From NCBI GenBank assembly GCA_902385225.1, contig CABMEU010000017.1, positions 1 through 57,345 of the forward strand: a stretch of 57,345 bases of DNA. The letters run 5' to 3'. Made by a program: the position numbers and the translations under genes. Every line of letters begins with the position of its first letter. Position 1 is the first letter of the stretch. Below are positions 43,643 to 52,141 of this stretch, one piece after another. The notes beneath the pieces were generated by a model. That model ran no database searches. It saw nothing but the letters and a program-made list of their open reading frames with translations, and was not told where the DNA came from. The stretch comes from an uncultured archaeon (GTDB taxonomy: Archaea > Iainarchaeota > Iainarchaeia > Iainarchaeales > JAAZKV01).

Positions 43643-43778
43643 TATGCATGTGTGTTTGGGTGTATATATAAAGTTTGGTTATTTATCTCAAAAAAACCGA
43701 TTTTTAGTTTGTGCAGTCTCAATAAAAATTTTTCGGTGCATAATTACCTAACGGAGGGATGTTTTGGGAGCTGAACTA

Positions 43779-43874
43779 ATGTGGTTTAGGTGCAAGTTCT
43801 GTGGATTATATTTTGACAGCAGCGAACTGCTGGAAAAGCACTTGATGGAAAGTCATGAATCATTTACTTATTAA
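43779..43874 (+). CDS. 31-aa single C2H2 zinc-finger mini-protein
   Basis: MWFRCKFCGLYFDSSELLEKHLMESHESFTY gives F-x-C-x2-C-x3-F-x5-L-x2-H-x4-H. Below the ORF-track cutoff. Confidence 0.45.
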   Translation: MWFRCKFCGLYFDSSELLEKHLMESHESFTY

Positions 43875-43970
43875 TACACAGATTACACTTTTTGGCGCAC
43901 TCATTAATGATTAAGGTGTTTTAGCCCCCAAGTAAATCCTTTTATTCTCAATTGTTCCTTCTAAAGTTAT

Positions 43971-44675
43971 ATGCCAAAAGAAAGTACAATTTCACTTGCC
44001 CTTGCTTCTCTTGATTATTTAAAGAAGAAAAAGGCGCCACTGTTTCTGACAACAAGCAACAGGTGGAAAGGAAGTCCAAATACGCCAAAGAGCACCGTAC
44101 TTGCAAAAGCATTCCAAAAGAAACTCCCAAAATCAACTTTGATTGATATTCCTTCTTTGAATATTTTCCCGTGCGAGGGCAATGTTTCCCAAGACGGGGG
44201 GAATGATTGCGGACCAAAGAGCTCTGCTCTAAAGGATAAGGCAAAGAATCCCACAGGAAATCACCGCTGCTGGGCAAGCATTAACAATAACAGCGATGAA
44301 CTTTGGAAAGTAAGTAAAGCGCTTTTTGCCTCTGACTGCGTTATATTCTTTGGCTCCGTGCGCTGGGGGCAGATGAATTCCTATTACCAGAAATTAATTG
44401 AGCGCTTAACTTGGCTTGAGAACCGCCACACTACTTTGGGTGAGGAAAACATTCTTGCGGGAATTGATGCAGGGATAATTGCGATTGGGCACAACTGGAA
44501 TGCGGGTGCGGTTGTTGAAACCCAAAAACAAGTCCTAAAATACTTCGGGTTTAATATTATTCCCGCGCTCTCTTGGGGCTACCAGTTCACAAAACCTGAT
44601 GATGAGACAAATGATTCTTATAAAAAAGCGGCGAAGGAATTTGGCGAGATACTTAAACAAGTGCAGAAAGTTTAG
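43971..44675 (+). CDS. Flavodoxin-fold NAD(P)H-dependent oxidoreductase-like protein
   Basis: The layout ...IFPCEG..., DELWKVSKALFASDCVIFFGSVRWGQMNSYYQKLIERL resembles the FMN-reductase/iron-sulfur flavoprotein family (D.m..i..k...AD.ii.gsP.Y......lK...DR). Confidence 0.5.
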   Translation: MPKESTISLALASLDYLKKKKAPLFLTTSNRWKGSPNTPKSTVLAKAFQKKLPKSTLIDIPSLNIFPCEGNVSQDGGNDCGPKSSALKDKAKNPTGNHRCWASINNNSDELWKVSKALFASDCVIFFGSVRWGQMNSYYQKLIERLTWLENRHTTLGEENILAGIDAGIIAIGHNWNAGAVVETQKQVLKYFGFNIIPALSWGYQFTKPDDETNDSYKKAAKEFGEILKQVQKV

Positions 44676-44739
44676 CTTGGATGTGTGCTAATTTATTCCT
44701 TGTGCTTATTGAATATACTCTGTCCAAGTAATTGGTATC

Positions 44740-45621
44740 TCAACTGCAGGTGCACTGCATCCACTGGTATTGTGTAATCCAATTAGTGTTGCAGGTATAA
44801 TTGCCCCACATATCAAATCCGCAATCATACTGCGGTACAACTCCCGTTTCATCGCACATTTGGCAAGTGTATCCGTATCCGCCATAACTTAAGCAAGAGG
44901 TATTATTTGTCACCCAGCAGCGATTCTCGGGCCTGCAGTAAGTCATATTAGTATTTGTCTGTGTGCAATGCCAAAGAGGAGTAATGCAGGAACCATTTAT
45001 GCAGGTTTTTCCGCTGCCGCATGCGCAGTCAGCAGGGTCATTTGAGCAGTTCTCTCCGTATGCGGCCTCGCATACTCCGTTTCCGAATGGACAAGTGCAT
45101 TTCCAGCCAGTGGTTCCGCAGTAAGTAGTTGAGCTGATGTACCAAGTTGTGTAACTATTGTATCCTGAATGTGTGCACAAATAATATGGGGCTATGGATA
45201 AACTTGGATTTGCGCTGGTCACACAACTGCCAAGTCCCCCCATGCAGCTAGTGCAGGTGCCGCTTGTGGAAGATGTAATTGTGGAGCATGAACAATCAGC
45301 GGGGCAATTAGTGACAGATTCATTACTCTCACACACCCCGTTTCCGCACGCGACAGGGGCATATTTTTTTAGTGCCATTACTCCTGAAGAGGTTTTTATT
45401 CTGAATTTTGATGCATTTGTGTTTGCTGTATCAACGAGCAGTATCCCGAAATTTGTTCCATTTTTTGTGATTTTCAAGGCTGATGAATTTGCCGCTGCGT
45501 CGCAGGCGAATTTTACAATTGTGTTTCCGTCATATCCTCGCAGTCCGCAGTCAACTTCCGCCGCGAGCGAGAAGGACAGCAATAGAACAAACGCCATGCT
45601 AATTAAAATAATCTTTTTCAT
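44740..45621 (-). CDS. Secreted Cys-rich protein, paralog A
   Basis: Signal peptide MKKIILISMAFVLLLSFSLAAEV, a conserved ~95-aa N-domain, then a Cys-rich region with CGNGVCE...CP.DC modules and many N-x-S/T sequons. ATG 45621 preferred over the track's TTG 45636. Confidence 0.7.
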   Translation of the reverse strand: MKKIILISMAFVLLLSFSLAAEVDCGLRGYDGNTIVKFACDAAANSSALKITKNGTNFGILLVDTANTNASKFRIKTSSGVMALKKYAPVACGNGVCESNESVTNCPADCSCSTITSSTSGTCTSCMGGLGSCVTSANPSLSIAPYYLCTHSGYNSYTTWYISSTTYCGTTGWKCTCPFGNGVCEAAYGENCSNDPADCACGSGKTCINGSCITPLWHCTQTNTNMTYCRPENRCWVTNNTSCLSYGGYGYTCQMCDETGVVPQYDCGFDMWGNYTCNTNWITQYQWMQCTCS

Positions 45622-45681
45622 AAACCCATTTCCCAATAATTAAAACTAGATAATAATCAACTCGCCTTAATTAAAGTATCT

Positions 45682-46401
45682 TTAAGCGCAGTAACATTGA
45701 TACTGGTTGTAATTAGTTACATATGTGTAAGTGCATGTCCACTGCATTGTCCAATAATCAATTCCGCATACCATTTCCGGGTACATTCCGCCGTACTCGC
45801 ACACTACTTGGTTGTATGGGTAAAACACATAACCTTGGCTCGCATTGTATGAGTATGGGCAGGAGCCGTACGGGCGTGAAGTTCCCGCCCCGGAGCACTG
45901 CCACCACTGCGTAGAGGAGAATGTTCCCGAGTAGTAGCAGGTCCATTGCGGGATGAATGCGCATGTTCCCAAACTGCATACCCTTCCTCCGGTGCATCCG
46001 CAGTCTCCTCCGCATGTTAGGCATGTTTCTCCGTTGTTGCATACTCCGTCGCCGCAGTATGCGCATGACCCGCAGTCACTTGTGCAAGTTGAGCAGTTCT
46101 CTCCAATCCCCGCTTCACATGTTCCGTTTCCGCACGGAGCATATTTTTTTAGCGCCATTATTCCAGTGGAGGTTTTTATTCTGAATTTTGATGCATTTGT
46201 GTTCGTTGTGCTGACAAGAGGGATGCCATAAGTTACGCCTGTTTTGTTTATCTTTAGTGATGAAGATCCTGTTGCTATGTCGCATGCAAAATGTATTATT
46301 GTGTTTCCATCATATCCTCGCAGTCCGCAGTCAACTTCCGCGGCAAGCGAGAATGTTAATAGGAGGACTAACGCCATGCCAAGCAAAAAGTAATTCTTCA
46401 C
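45682..46401 (-). CDS. Secreted Cys-rich protein, paralog B
   Basis: MKNYFLLGMALVLLLTFSLAAEVDCGLRGYDGNTI... nearly identical N-domain to paralog A. CGNGTCE, CGDGVCNNGETCLTCGGDC. Confidence 0.7.
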   Translation of the reverse strand: MKNYFLLGMALVLLLTFSLAAEVDCGLRGYDGNTIIHFACDIATGSSSLKINKTGVTYGIPLVSTTNTNASKFRIKTSTGIMALKKYAPCGNGTCEAGIGENCSTCTSDCGSCAYCGDGVCNNGETCLTCGGDCGCTGGRVCSLGTCAFIPQWTCYYSGTFSSTQWWQCSGAGTSRPYGSCPYSYNASQGYVFYPYNQVVCEYGGMYPEMVCGIDYWTMQWTCTYTYVTNYNQYQCYCA

Positions 46402-46439
46402 AACACTAACCTCAATAATAAAAAGATCAAATTAAACTT

Positions 46440-47195
46440 TTATGAAGTTATGAGCCACATTTGTCCTGCTACAGGGGAAGCGGGGTCAGTTGTTCTTGTT
46501 TCAATTACAAGCCCCTTTGTCGCGCTTAATATTCCTGTCGAACCAATTGTTACTGTTGGGGTTGGGTTGCCCGCCGCATCAGTAATGAAGAAAGCAATGC
46601 CTTGGTTTGCGAGTTGTATTAGCGCACCCGGTGCAGTTCCTGTCCATGCCGTTCCATTGAACCACGCATTGTTTGAAAAGTGCGCATAATTTGTTCCCGA
46701 ACCTGTTCCGCCGTTTAGATATGCTGACCCAATCTTTATTACGGCATTGTGGTCAAGGATAAGTTTGATTGCTGATTTTCCTGCCAGAGTAATTGCGGTT
46801 CCATCGTCTGTGATAATCGAGTTTCCAATTGTTGTTGAAGTAAGCCACTTGGTAATTGTATTTGCGATTCCTCCGCTTAAGGATGCCCCGCTTGGTGCTC
46901 CTGAAATATTAGCATTGCTTCCGCATGTCCAGGTTTTTGAGGTGTTATTCCAATATAAAATATTTCCATCTCCCGTGCACCCGTTTACTCCGGTTCCGCC
47001 GTAAGTTGCTAGAATAATGTTGTTGTCAGCGATTGTGCTACTGCCAACTCCAATTGTCGATAATTGGTGCGAGGGTCTTGCGGTGTTAAGCACTCCCGCA
47101 GAAACAAAGACCAGTCCGATAAGAATAAGCGCAAACAATATTGCCACTCTGTCAAATTTGCTTAGTATCAAGATTTCGCCTCTAAAGTATAACAA
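46440..47195 (-). CDS. Secreted/anchored Gly-Thr-Asn-rich fibre-like protein
   Basis: N-terminal anchor RVAILFALILIGLVFVSAGV. Beta-rich G/T/N/A composition. C-terminus TTDPASPVAGQMWLITS. Confidence 0.6.
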   Translation of the reverse strand: MLYFRGEILILSKFDRVAILFALILIGLVFVSAGVLNTARPSHQLSTIGVGSSTIADNNIILATYGGTGVNGCTGDGNILYWNNTSKTWTCGSNANISGAPSGASLSGGIANTITKWLTSTTIGNSIITDDGTAITLAGKSAIKLILDHNAVIKIGSAYLNGGTGSGTNYAHFSNNAWFNGTAWTGTAPGALIQLANQGIAFFITDAAGNPTPTVTIGSTGILSATKGLVIETRTTDPASPVAGQMWLITS

Positions 47196-47301
47196 TTATC
47201 TGGAATATAAACCTTGGTGCTTCGCCAAGGCGAGCAAAAGAACTATAATTTGAAAGGAGGGGAGGTTTTCTTTTAATATCTTTTTCCTTTCTATTAGTAG
47301 C

Positions 47302-47859
47302 ATGCTTTCAAGAGAATTGTTGCTAAAAAAAGCCGTTTTTGAGCGCTATACCTTTAAGCCTCATACAAGAATACACTTTGACACATTTGCCCGGGAGGAA
47401 AAGCTTTTGAAAAAGAATCTTGGGAAAATTAAGGATAAAGAGATTGAGCACGTTGGGAGCACCGCGATTCACGGACTTGGCGGAAAAGGCATTGTGGATA
47501 TTCTGATTTTTGTTCAGAAAAAGAATCTTTCAAAAGCCAAAAGAGGAATCATAAAATCAGGATTTAATTATAACGGAAACTGGCAGAAACGCAGATATTT
47601 TTTCAGCAAGTATTATTTACACAAAAAGCGCGCTCATTTGGTTCATGTGCACTTAACAGCTGAGACAAAAGAGTTTCACAAACTCCTTGCGCTGGTTGAT
47701 TATTTGAAGCGCAATAAAACCGCACGCGCAAAATATGAGAAGCTTAAGAGAAAGGCAAGCGAAATGTACTGGACTAATGGGGAGAATTATAGGAAGTTTA
47801 AGAAAAAGTTACTTTCAAAGCTCGCGAAGAAGGCGCTTTTGGATTACAGACAAAGTTAG
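47302..47859 (+). CDS. GrpB family protein
   Basis: EHVGSTAIHGLGGKGIVDILI and VHVHL. Confidence 0.8.
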   Translation: MLSRELLLKKAVFERYTFKPHTRIHFDTFAREEKLLKKNLGKIKDKEIEHVGSTAIHGLGGKGIVDILIFVQKKNLSKAKRGIIKSGFNYNGNWQKRRYFFSKYYLHKKRAHLVHVHLTAETKEFHKLLALVDYLKRNKTARAKYEKLKRKASEMYWTNGENYRKFKKKLLSKLAKKALLDYRQS

Positions 47860-47897
47860 TGCGGTTTTACGGTTTTTGCCCGCGCAAGGATTCATTT

Positions 47898-49856
47898 TTA
47901 TCCAAAGAATTTATCAATCTCCTTCTCCGGTTCATTTGTTTTTTTCATCTCAAAGTCCTTTGGGTAGTATTGCCGAAATCTCTCCTCCCCAAATCTCTCA
48001 TCAACAAATACTATTACTCCTCTATCAGTTTCTGTTCGTATTACTCTTCCGGCAGCCTGCATCGCCTTGGTTATTGCGGGTCCGTTGTACGCATACTCCC
48101 ATCCTTTGTGGAATTCCTTTTCATAAAAATCAATTAGGGCTTGGGTGGTGATATCCATTTTTCCAAAAGGGACTCCGATAATTATCGCGCAGGATAAATA
48201 ATCCCCCGGAAAATCAATTCCTTCCGCGATGCTTCCTCCGCTCACAGCGAGGAGGACTCCTCCAAAGCGGGAGCCAAGCAACTTGAAGTTATGTATTAGC
48301 TTTGTTTTTTCATCCTGACTCATCTCAGGCTCCTGCTTGAGAATTTGCCTGCGCGTTTTCATTGCGCCTTTCACACTTTGCATAACATCAAATGAGGGAA
48401 AGAATACGATTGTATTTCCCGGGACCTTTGCCACCGCGCGGTCAATAATTTCCGCGATTTGTGTGTACTGTCCAGTGCTCCTTGAAGTATATTTTGTTGT
48501 AACTCCCCCCACAAACAAGTTAATTCTGTTTTCTTTTGGAAAAGGGCTTTTGTATTCCTTTCTTAAAAGTCTTGGGTTTGCGGTTTCTTTTTTTGTTTGA
48601 GAGAGTTCTTTCGCGCTCGCGAATTGCTCCTTAACATTTTGGTTATGTAGTAATTGTGTTTTTTCTTTTTCAGTTTTTCTCTCCCCGCTCTCGGTTATGC
48701 CAAGCACATCAGAATACATTTGGAGCGGAAGTAAAGTTCCGGACATTAGAATCGCGGAGTGAACTTTTGAGAGTACTTCGCTTGCAAGCTCCGACGGGTC
48801 CATCGGATAAACCCCGATTCCAAGCGAGCCCTTTCTTTGCACAAGATAAAGGGTGTGCTGTTTCTCGTGAAGAAGAGTAATTAGAAAGGAGCAAAGCGCC
48901 ATAAGGTAAGAATTCTCGGTTTTGTTCTTTGTCATGAACTTCTCTGCGGTTTCCTCCATCTGCATTATTCCATCACGCGCAATTTTTCGTAAAAAATCAA
49001 GCTCATGCGCTTCAATTCGTGCCTCGGATTTATCCAGTGAGAGTTTCTTTCCAAGCGCAAGCATTTCCTTTTCAATATCCTTAAGCAAAAACTCAACCTC
49101 AAAGTCCCCCACATTCTTCGCTTCCTTAATGGCTTTTTCAAGAGCGGAAACATCAAAACTTGTCTCAAGCATGTCCCTCAGCCGCTCAGGCAAATTATGC
49201 GCCTCATCAACAATAAGCACAATATCCTCTAGCTGTGTTTGCGCTGCCCCCAAAATTCCCTCGCTAATATCCTCATGGAAGAGGTGAGAATAGTCCCCGA
49301 TAATCAGATGGGCGCCCTTAATCATTTCAAGCGTGATTTCATATGGGCAGAGTTCTCTGTGCTGGCACTGCTCCTTAATGTGTAAGTAGGAGTTGTTGTA
49401 CTCTTGCAGCACCCCGCGTTTGAGCCGCATAGAAACCGCTTTTTGCTTTGGGGTATATCCTTTCGCGTTTGTAAAGTATTTGCATGTTTTATCTTTTTTC
49501 CTTTTCGCGCACGCCTCGTAGAAACCCATTCCTGTTCTTGAGGTAAAAGGATCCACACACATTTGCTTTCTCCCGACAAGATCAATTGCTTTGATTCCAA
49601 GATTGAATTTCTCATTCATCATTCTCGCGGTCGCAAGAACAATTTCATGCTGGGAGATCTTTGGGGTGAGGAAAAAAACCTTTTTGTTATTCTCAAGCGC
49701 ATAACTAAGTGCAGGCGCAAGTGAGGATACAGTTTTTCCCAGCCCAGTTGGCGCATGAGCGAGAAATATCTTTCCTTTAGTAATAGCTTCCGCGGCGTCT
49801 TTTACAAATTCGTTCTGCTCCGCTCGCACCTTCTCGTGAGGAAACCATACCTTCAT
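47898..49856 (-). CDS. xpd: XPD/Rad3-type 5'-3' DNA helicase with Fe-S domain
   Basis: FPHE..R..Q, AHAPTGLGKT, four Cys in the Arch/FeS region (MCVDP, EACAK, KTCKYF, ELCPYE), DEAHNL, GGSIAEGIDFPGD, QAAGRVIR. Confidence 0.9.
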   Translation of the reverse strand: MKVWFPHEKVRAEQNEFVKDAAEAITKGKIFLAHAPTGLGKTVSSLAPALSYALENNKKVFFLTPKISQHEIVLATARMMNEKFNLGIKAIDLVGRKQMCVDPFTSRTGMGFYEACAKRKKDKTCKYFTNAKGYTPKQKAVSMRLKRGVLQEYNNSYLHIKEQCQHRELCPYEITLEMIKGAHLIIGDYSHLFHEDISEGILGAAQTQLEDIVLIVDEAHNLPERLRDMLETSFDVSALEKAIKEAKNVGDFEVEFLLKDIEKEMLALGKKLSLDKSEARIEAHELDFLRKIARDGIMQMEETAEKFMTKNKTENSYLMALCSFLITLLHEKQHTLYLVQRKGSLGIGVYPMDPSELASEVLSKVHSAILMSGTLLPLQMYSDVLGITESGERKTEKEKTQLLHNQNVKEQFASAKELSQTKKETANPRLLRKEYKSPFPKENRINLFVGGVTTKYTSRSTGQYTQIAEIIDRAVAKVPGNTIVFFPSFDVMQSVKGAMKTRRQILKQEPEMSQDEKTKLIHNFKLLGSRFGGVLLAVSGGSIAEGIDFPGDYLSCAIIIGVPFGKMDITTQALIDFYEKEFHKGWEYAYNGPAITKAMQAAGRVIRTETDRGVIVFVDERFGEERFRQYYPKDFEMKKTNEPEKEIDKFFG

Positions 49857-49936
49857 GAAGTAGAGGCAGAGAAAGAGTGCTTTTAATTATTTGTAAGGGG
49901 CTTTGCCGGATAATTAGAAGAGAGATTAACTTAGAA

Positions 49937-50050
49937 TTAGCAAGTCCTGTTCTCCCACATTAGTCCTGGATAATCAGTGCCATTACAGATGCTCCAATTC
50001 CCATCTGTTGTTGAGTAATTATTTCCGGAAACATTTGTCCAGGTTCCCCA
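49937..50050 (-). other. Conserved C-terminal module (WGTWTN...TDGNWSIC..YP.L.WEN(K/R).C) separated from the upstream CDS by one in-frame TAA
   Basis: Own translation directly after TAA 50051-50053: WGTWTNVSGNNYSTTDGNWSICNGTDYPGLMWENRTC*. The paralog at 55238 ends NEPMASWGTWTNISGNKYSTTDGNWSICRGAGYPWLTWENKAC. Confidence 0.7.
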
Positions 50051-51610
50051 TTAGTTCAGAGGCTCATTTGATTTTGAATAGAATGTTGAAGAACTTCCTG
50101 TCGGGGAGTTTGTGATGCTTCCAAAATTAACTCCCACAGGGTTTCCATAATAATGGCTTCCTGTTACCGTTCCGGTGGAGAATGTATTTCTTATGGTTCC
50201 CTCGTTGTCCCCCACTAAGCTCCCGTCATAAGTGCCTGATGCCAAAACGTCGCCGGTGGCAAATGAGTTTTGAATTGTGGCCCTATTCACTCCCGAAAGC
50301 CCGCCAACGGTTGCTCCTCCCAAGAAATTCACAGCTGAATAACTGTTGAGTATTGTTCCATAATTTCTTCCGCTTATTCCCCCAACTTCATAGCCGTCGA
50401 ACACTTGTCCTGTTGTGTAAGAATCTTTTATTGTCCCGCCATTATCCCCAGCGATTCCTCCCACCCTCCAGTTGCCTGTTATGTTAATGTTTGTCAGCCC
50501 CAAATTCTTCACAGTTGAGGAAACGGATGTGAAAAGACCTACGCCATCTGTTGATGGGCGCAAGATATAAATGTAGGATATAATTTTATTGTTTCCATCA
50601 AAGGAGCCTGTTAAAGGAAGAGGCGAAAATCCAACTCCCTCGTTCCAGCTAATGGTGGCTGAGCAGTCTATTCCGGAGATTAAAGAATAATTTGAGGATG
50701 GTGAATTATTAACATCCTGAAGCATCTGGCAGTCACAAATTGTGTAAGGGGAGCCCGTGCTTCCGCTCCCGCTGAAAAAGTATCCTCCGGCTGTCCGGTT
50801 ATTGCACTGGAAGTAATTAATGCTTCTTGAGGAAGTTGAAGTTGCATTATTTGAGAAATCAATGCATCTTATATCCCATTGGTGGGTTCCCGGGGAAAGA
50901 AGCGCAACATTGTAATCCAATAACACTTGTGTATTTGCATCAATTGAAGAAATTGAATTAACATCGCTTCCGTCAAGATTAAGGAAGCACTGCTTAATTG
51001 CATTATTATCGCTTGCCGAGAAAATAAAACTCACTTTTCCGTTGGCGGGATAATTATCCTGTGGAGAATAAAGCCTTACTGCAGGCGGATTATTATCCGA
51101 AGGAAGTACAATTTCGGTTTGGTTTACGGCGACCGATTTATCCACACAGTCAACTGTCAAAGAGTAGCTAGTGCTTTTTTGCAGTCCATCCTGTGTGGTG
51201 TAGTATATTATTGCGGTGCACGTTTTTACCGTGTTTATGTTTTCTATTGTGCAGGAGCAGGCATTTTGAAGATTTGTTAATGAAAAAAGAAGTTCTGAGC
51301 CGGAAGCAAGCTGCTGATTATAATTATTATCAACACCATCAAGGGAGATTTTATTTACTGTCAGCATATCCCCTGAATTATTTTGAAGATTCAATAGCCC
51401 GTTTCCATCCATAGCGACAATTGCGTCAGCAATGCTTAAACCCCCTTGAGTTAAATTCCCAATTTTACCGCTAGTGGTTGCAATGCTTTGCGGGTTTGTG
51501 TTCGAGCCAACTAGTCCCACAACAATCAAAGAAATTATCACAATAACCGCAAGCACAACCAAATACTCAATCGTCCCTTGGGCGGTTCCTTTGAGGTTAA
51601 ATGAATGCAT
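50051..51610 (-). CDS. Class III (pilin-type) signal peptide protein with Ig-like module and GLUG repeats, paralog 1 (C-terminally truncated by TAA)
   Basis: MHSFNLKGTAQGTIEYLVVLAVIVIISL. Conserved pilin-like domain (GGLSIADAIV..DGNGLL.LQNNSGD). GLUG-type repeats VGGIAGDNGGTIKDSY, VGGISGRNYGTILNSY, VGGLSGVNRATIQNSF. Confidence 0.8.
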   Translation of the reverse strand: MHSFNLKGTAQGTIEYLVVLAVIVIISLIVVGLVGSNTNPQSIATTSGKIGNLTQGGLSIADAIVAMDGNGLLNLQNNSGDMLTVNKISLDGVDNNYNQQLASGSELLFSLTNLQNACSCTIENINTVKTCTAIIYYTTQDGLQKSTSYSLTVDCVDKSVAVNQTEIVLPSDNNPPAVRLYSPQDNYPANGKVSFIFSASDNNAIKQCFLNLDGSDVNSISSIDANTQVLLDYNVALLSPGTHQWDIRCIDFSNNATSTSSRSINYFQCNNRTAGGYFFSGSGSTGSPYTICDCQMLQDVNNSPSSNYSLISGIDCSATISWNEGVGFSPLPLTGSFDGNNKIISYIYILRPSTDGVGLFTSVSSTVKNLGLTNINITGNWRVGGIAGDNGGTIKDSYTTGQVFDGYEVGGISGRNYGTILNSYSAVNFLGGATVGGLSGVNRATIQNSFATGDVLASGTYDGSLVGDNEGTIRNTFSTGTVTGSHYYGNPVGVNFGSITNSPTGSSSTFYSKSNEPLN

Positions 51611-51705
51611 ACTGCGGTAGAATTACTTTTTTGTATTATATAATACTTCTTTTTTAGTTTTCTTTCTTCAAAAAACTTAATATTCTCCAAAGCCCTTAGT
51701 ATATT

Positions 51706-52122
51706 ATGGGAAAATCTGTGAATCAGATGCAGGGGCTTGGCGCAAGATTAAGAAGGTCTGCTGCAGAGCGCCAAAGAGCATTTAGTGAAGTTGTTTTGGA
51801 TGCAAAAGGAATGAAGCCAAAAACTTTAATGCGCCCAAGGCTTGGAAGAAGAAGCGCATCCGGTCCCGGAGGCAAGTGGTTTCAGAGTGATATGATTAGA
51901 AATCTTGGGAGCCTGGCGTCAAATGAAAGGTGTCCTAATCAGGCGGTGGCAAAAAAACTGTATACTATTTTAACCTCTGCCCGCGGGGGGGATTTGCAAA
52001 TAGCAGAATATTCCACAGAGGCGGGGGCATTAAACGAACTATTGGTTAAGCTTTTGAAAGCAAAGGGGAGAATAAGTTTAACTCCTCTCCAACAAAGAGT
52101 GCTTGCAAGTTTTGGGGTTTAG
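51706..52122 (+). CDS. Hypothetical basic protein (orphan)
   Basis: 138 aa. TATA-like CTTAATATTC 30 nt upstream of the ATG. Confidence 0.5.
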   Translation: MGKSVNQMQGLGARLRRSAAERQRAFSEVVLDAKGMKPKTLMRPRLGRRSASGPGGKWFQSDMIRNLGSLASNERCPNQAVAKKLYTILTSARGGDLQIAEYSTEAGALNELLVKLLKAKGRISLTPLQQRVLASFGV

Positions 52123-52141
52123 TTATCTCAAAAGCCGCTCA

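Noticed and set aside
38843-43900. Integrated virus or plasmid spanning the lower-GC segment and the basic small proteins at 42301 and 42721.
   Set aside because: No capsid, portal, terminase, Rep or integrase-like motifs and no flanking direct repeats resembling att sites were found. Only the composition shift and repeat-rich DNA point that way, so it is reported as a compositional anomaly rather than a mobile element.
46440-47195. Phage tail-fibre homolog, based on the C-terminal TTDPASPVAGQMWL motif and the G/T/N-rich composition.
   Set aside because: The resemblance rests on one short motif recalled from memory. There are no other viral genes nearby. Called only fibre-like.
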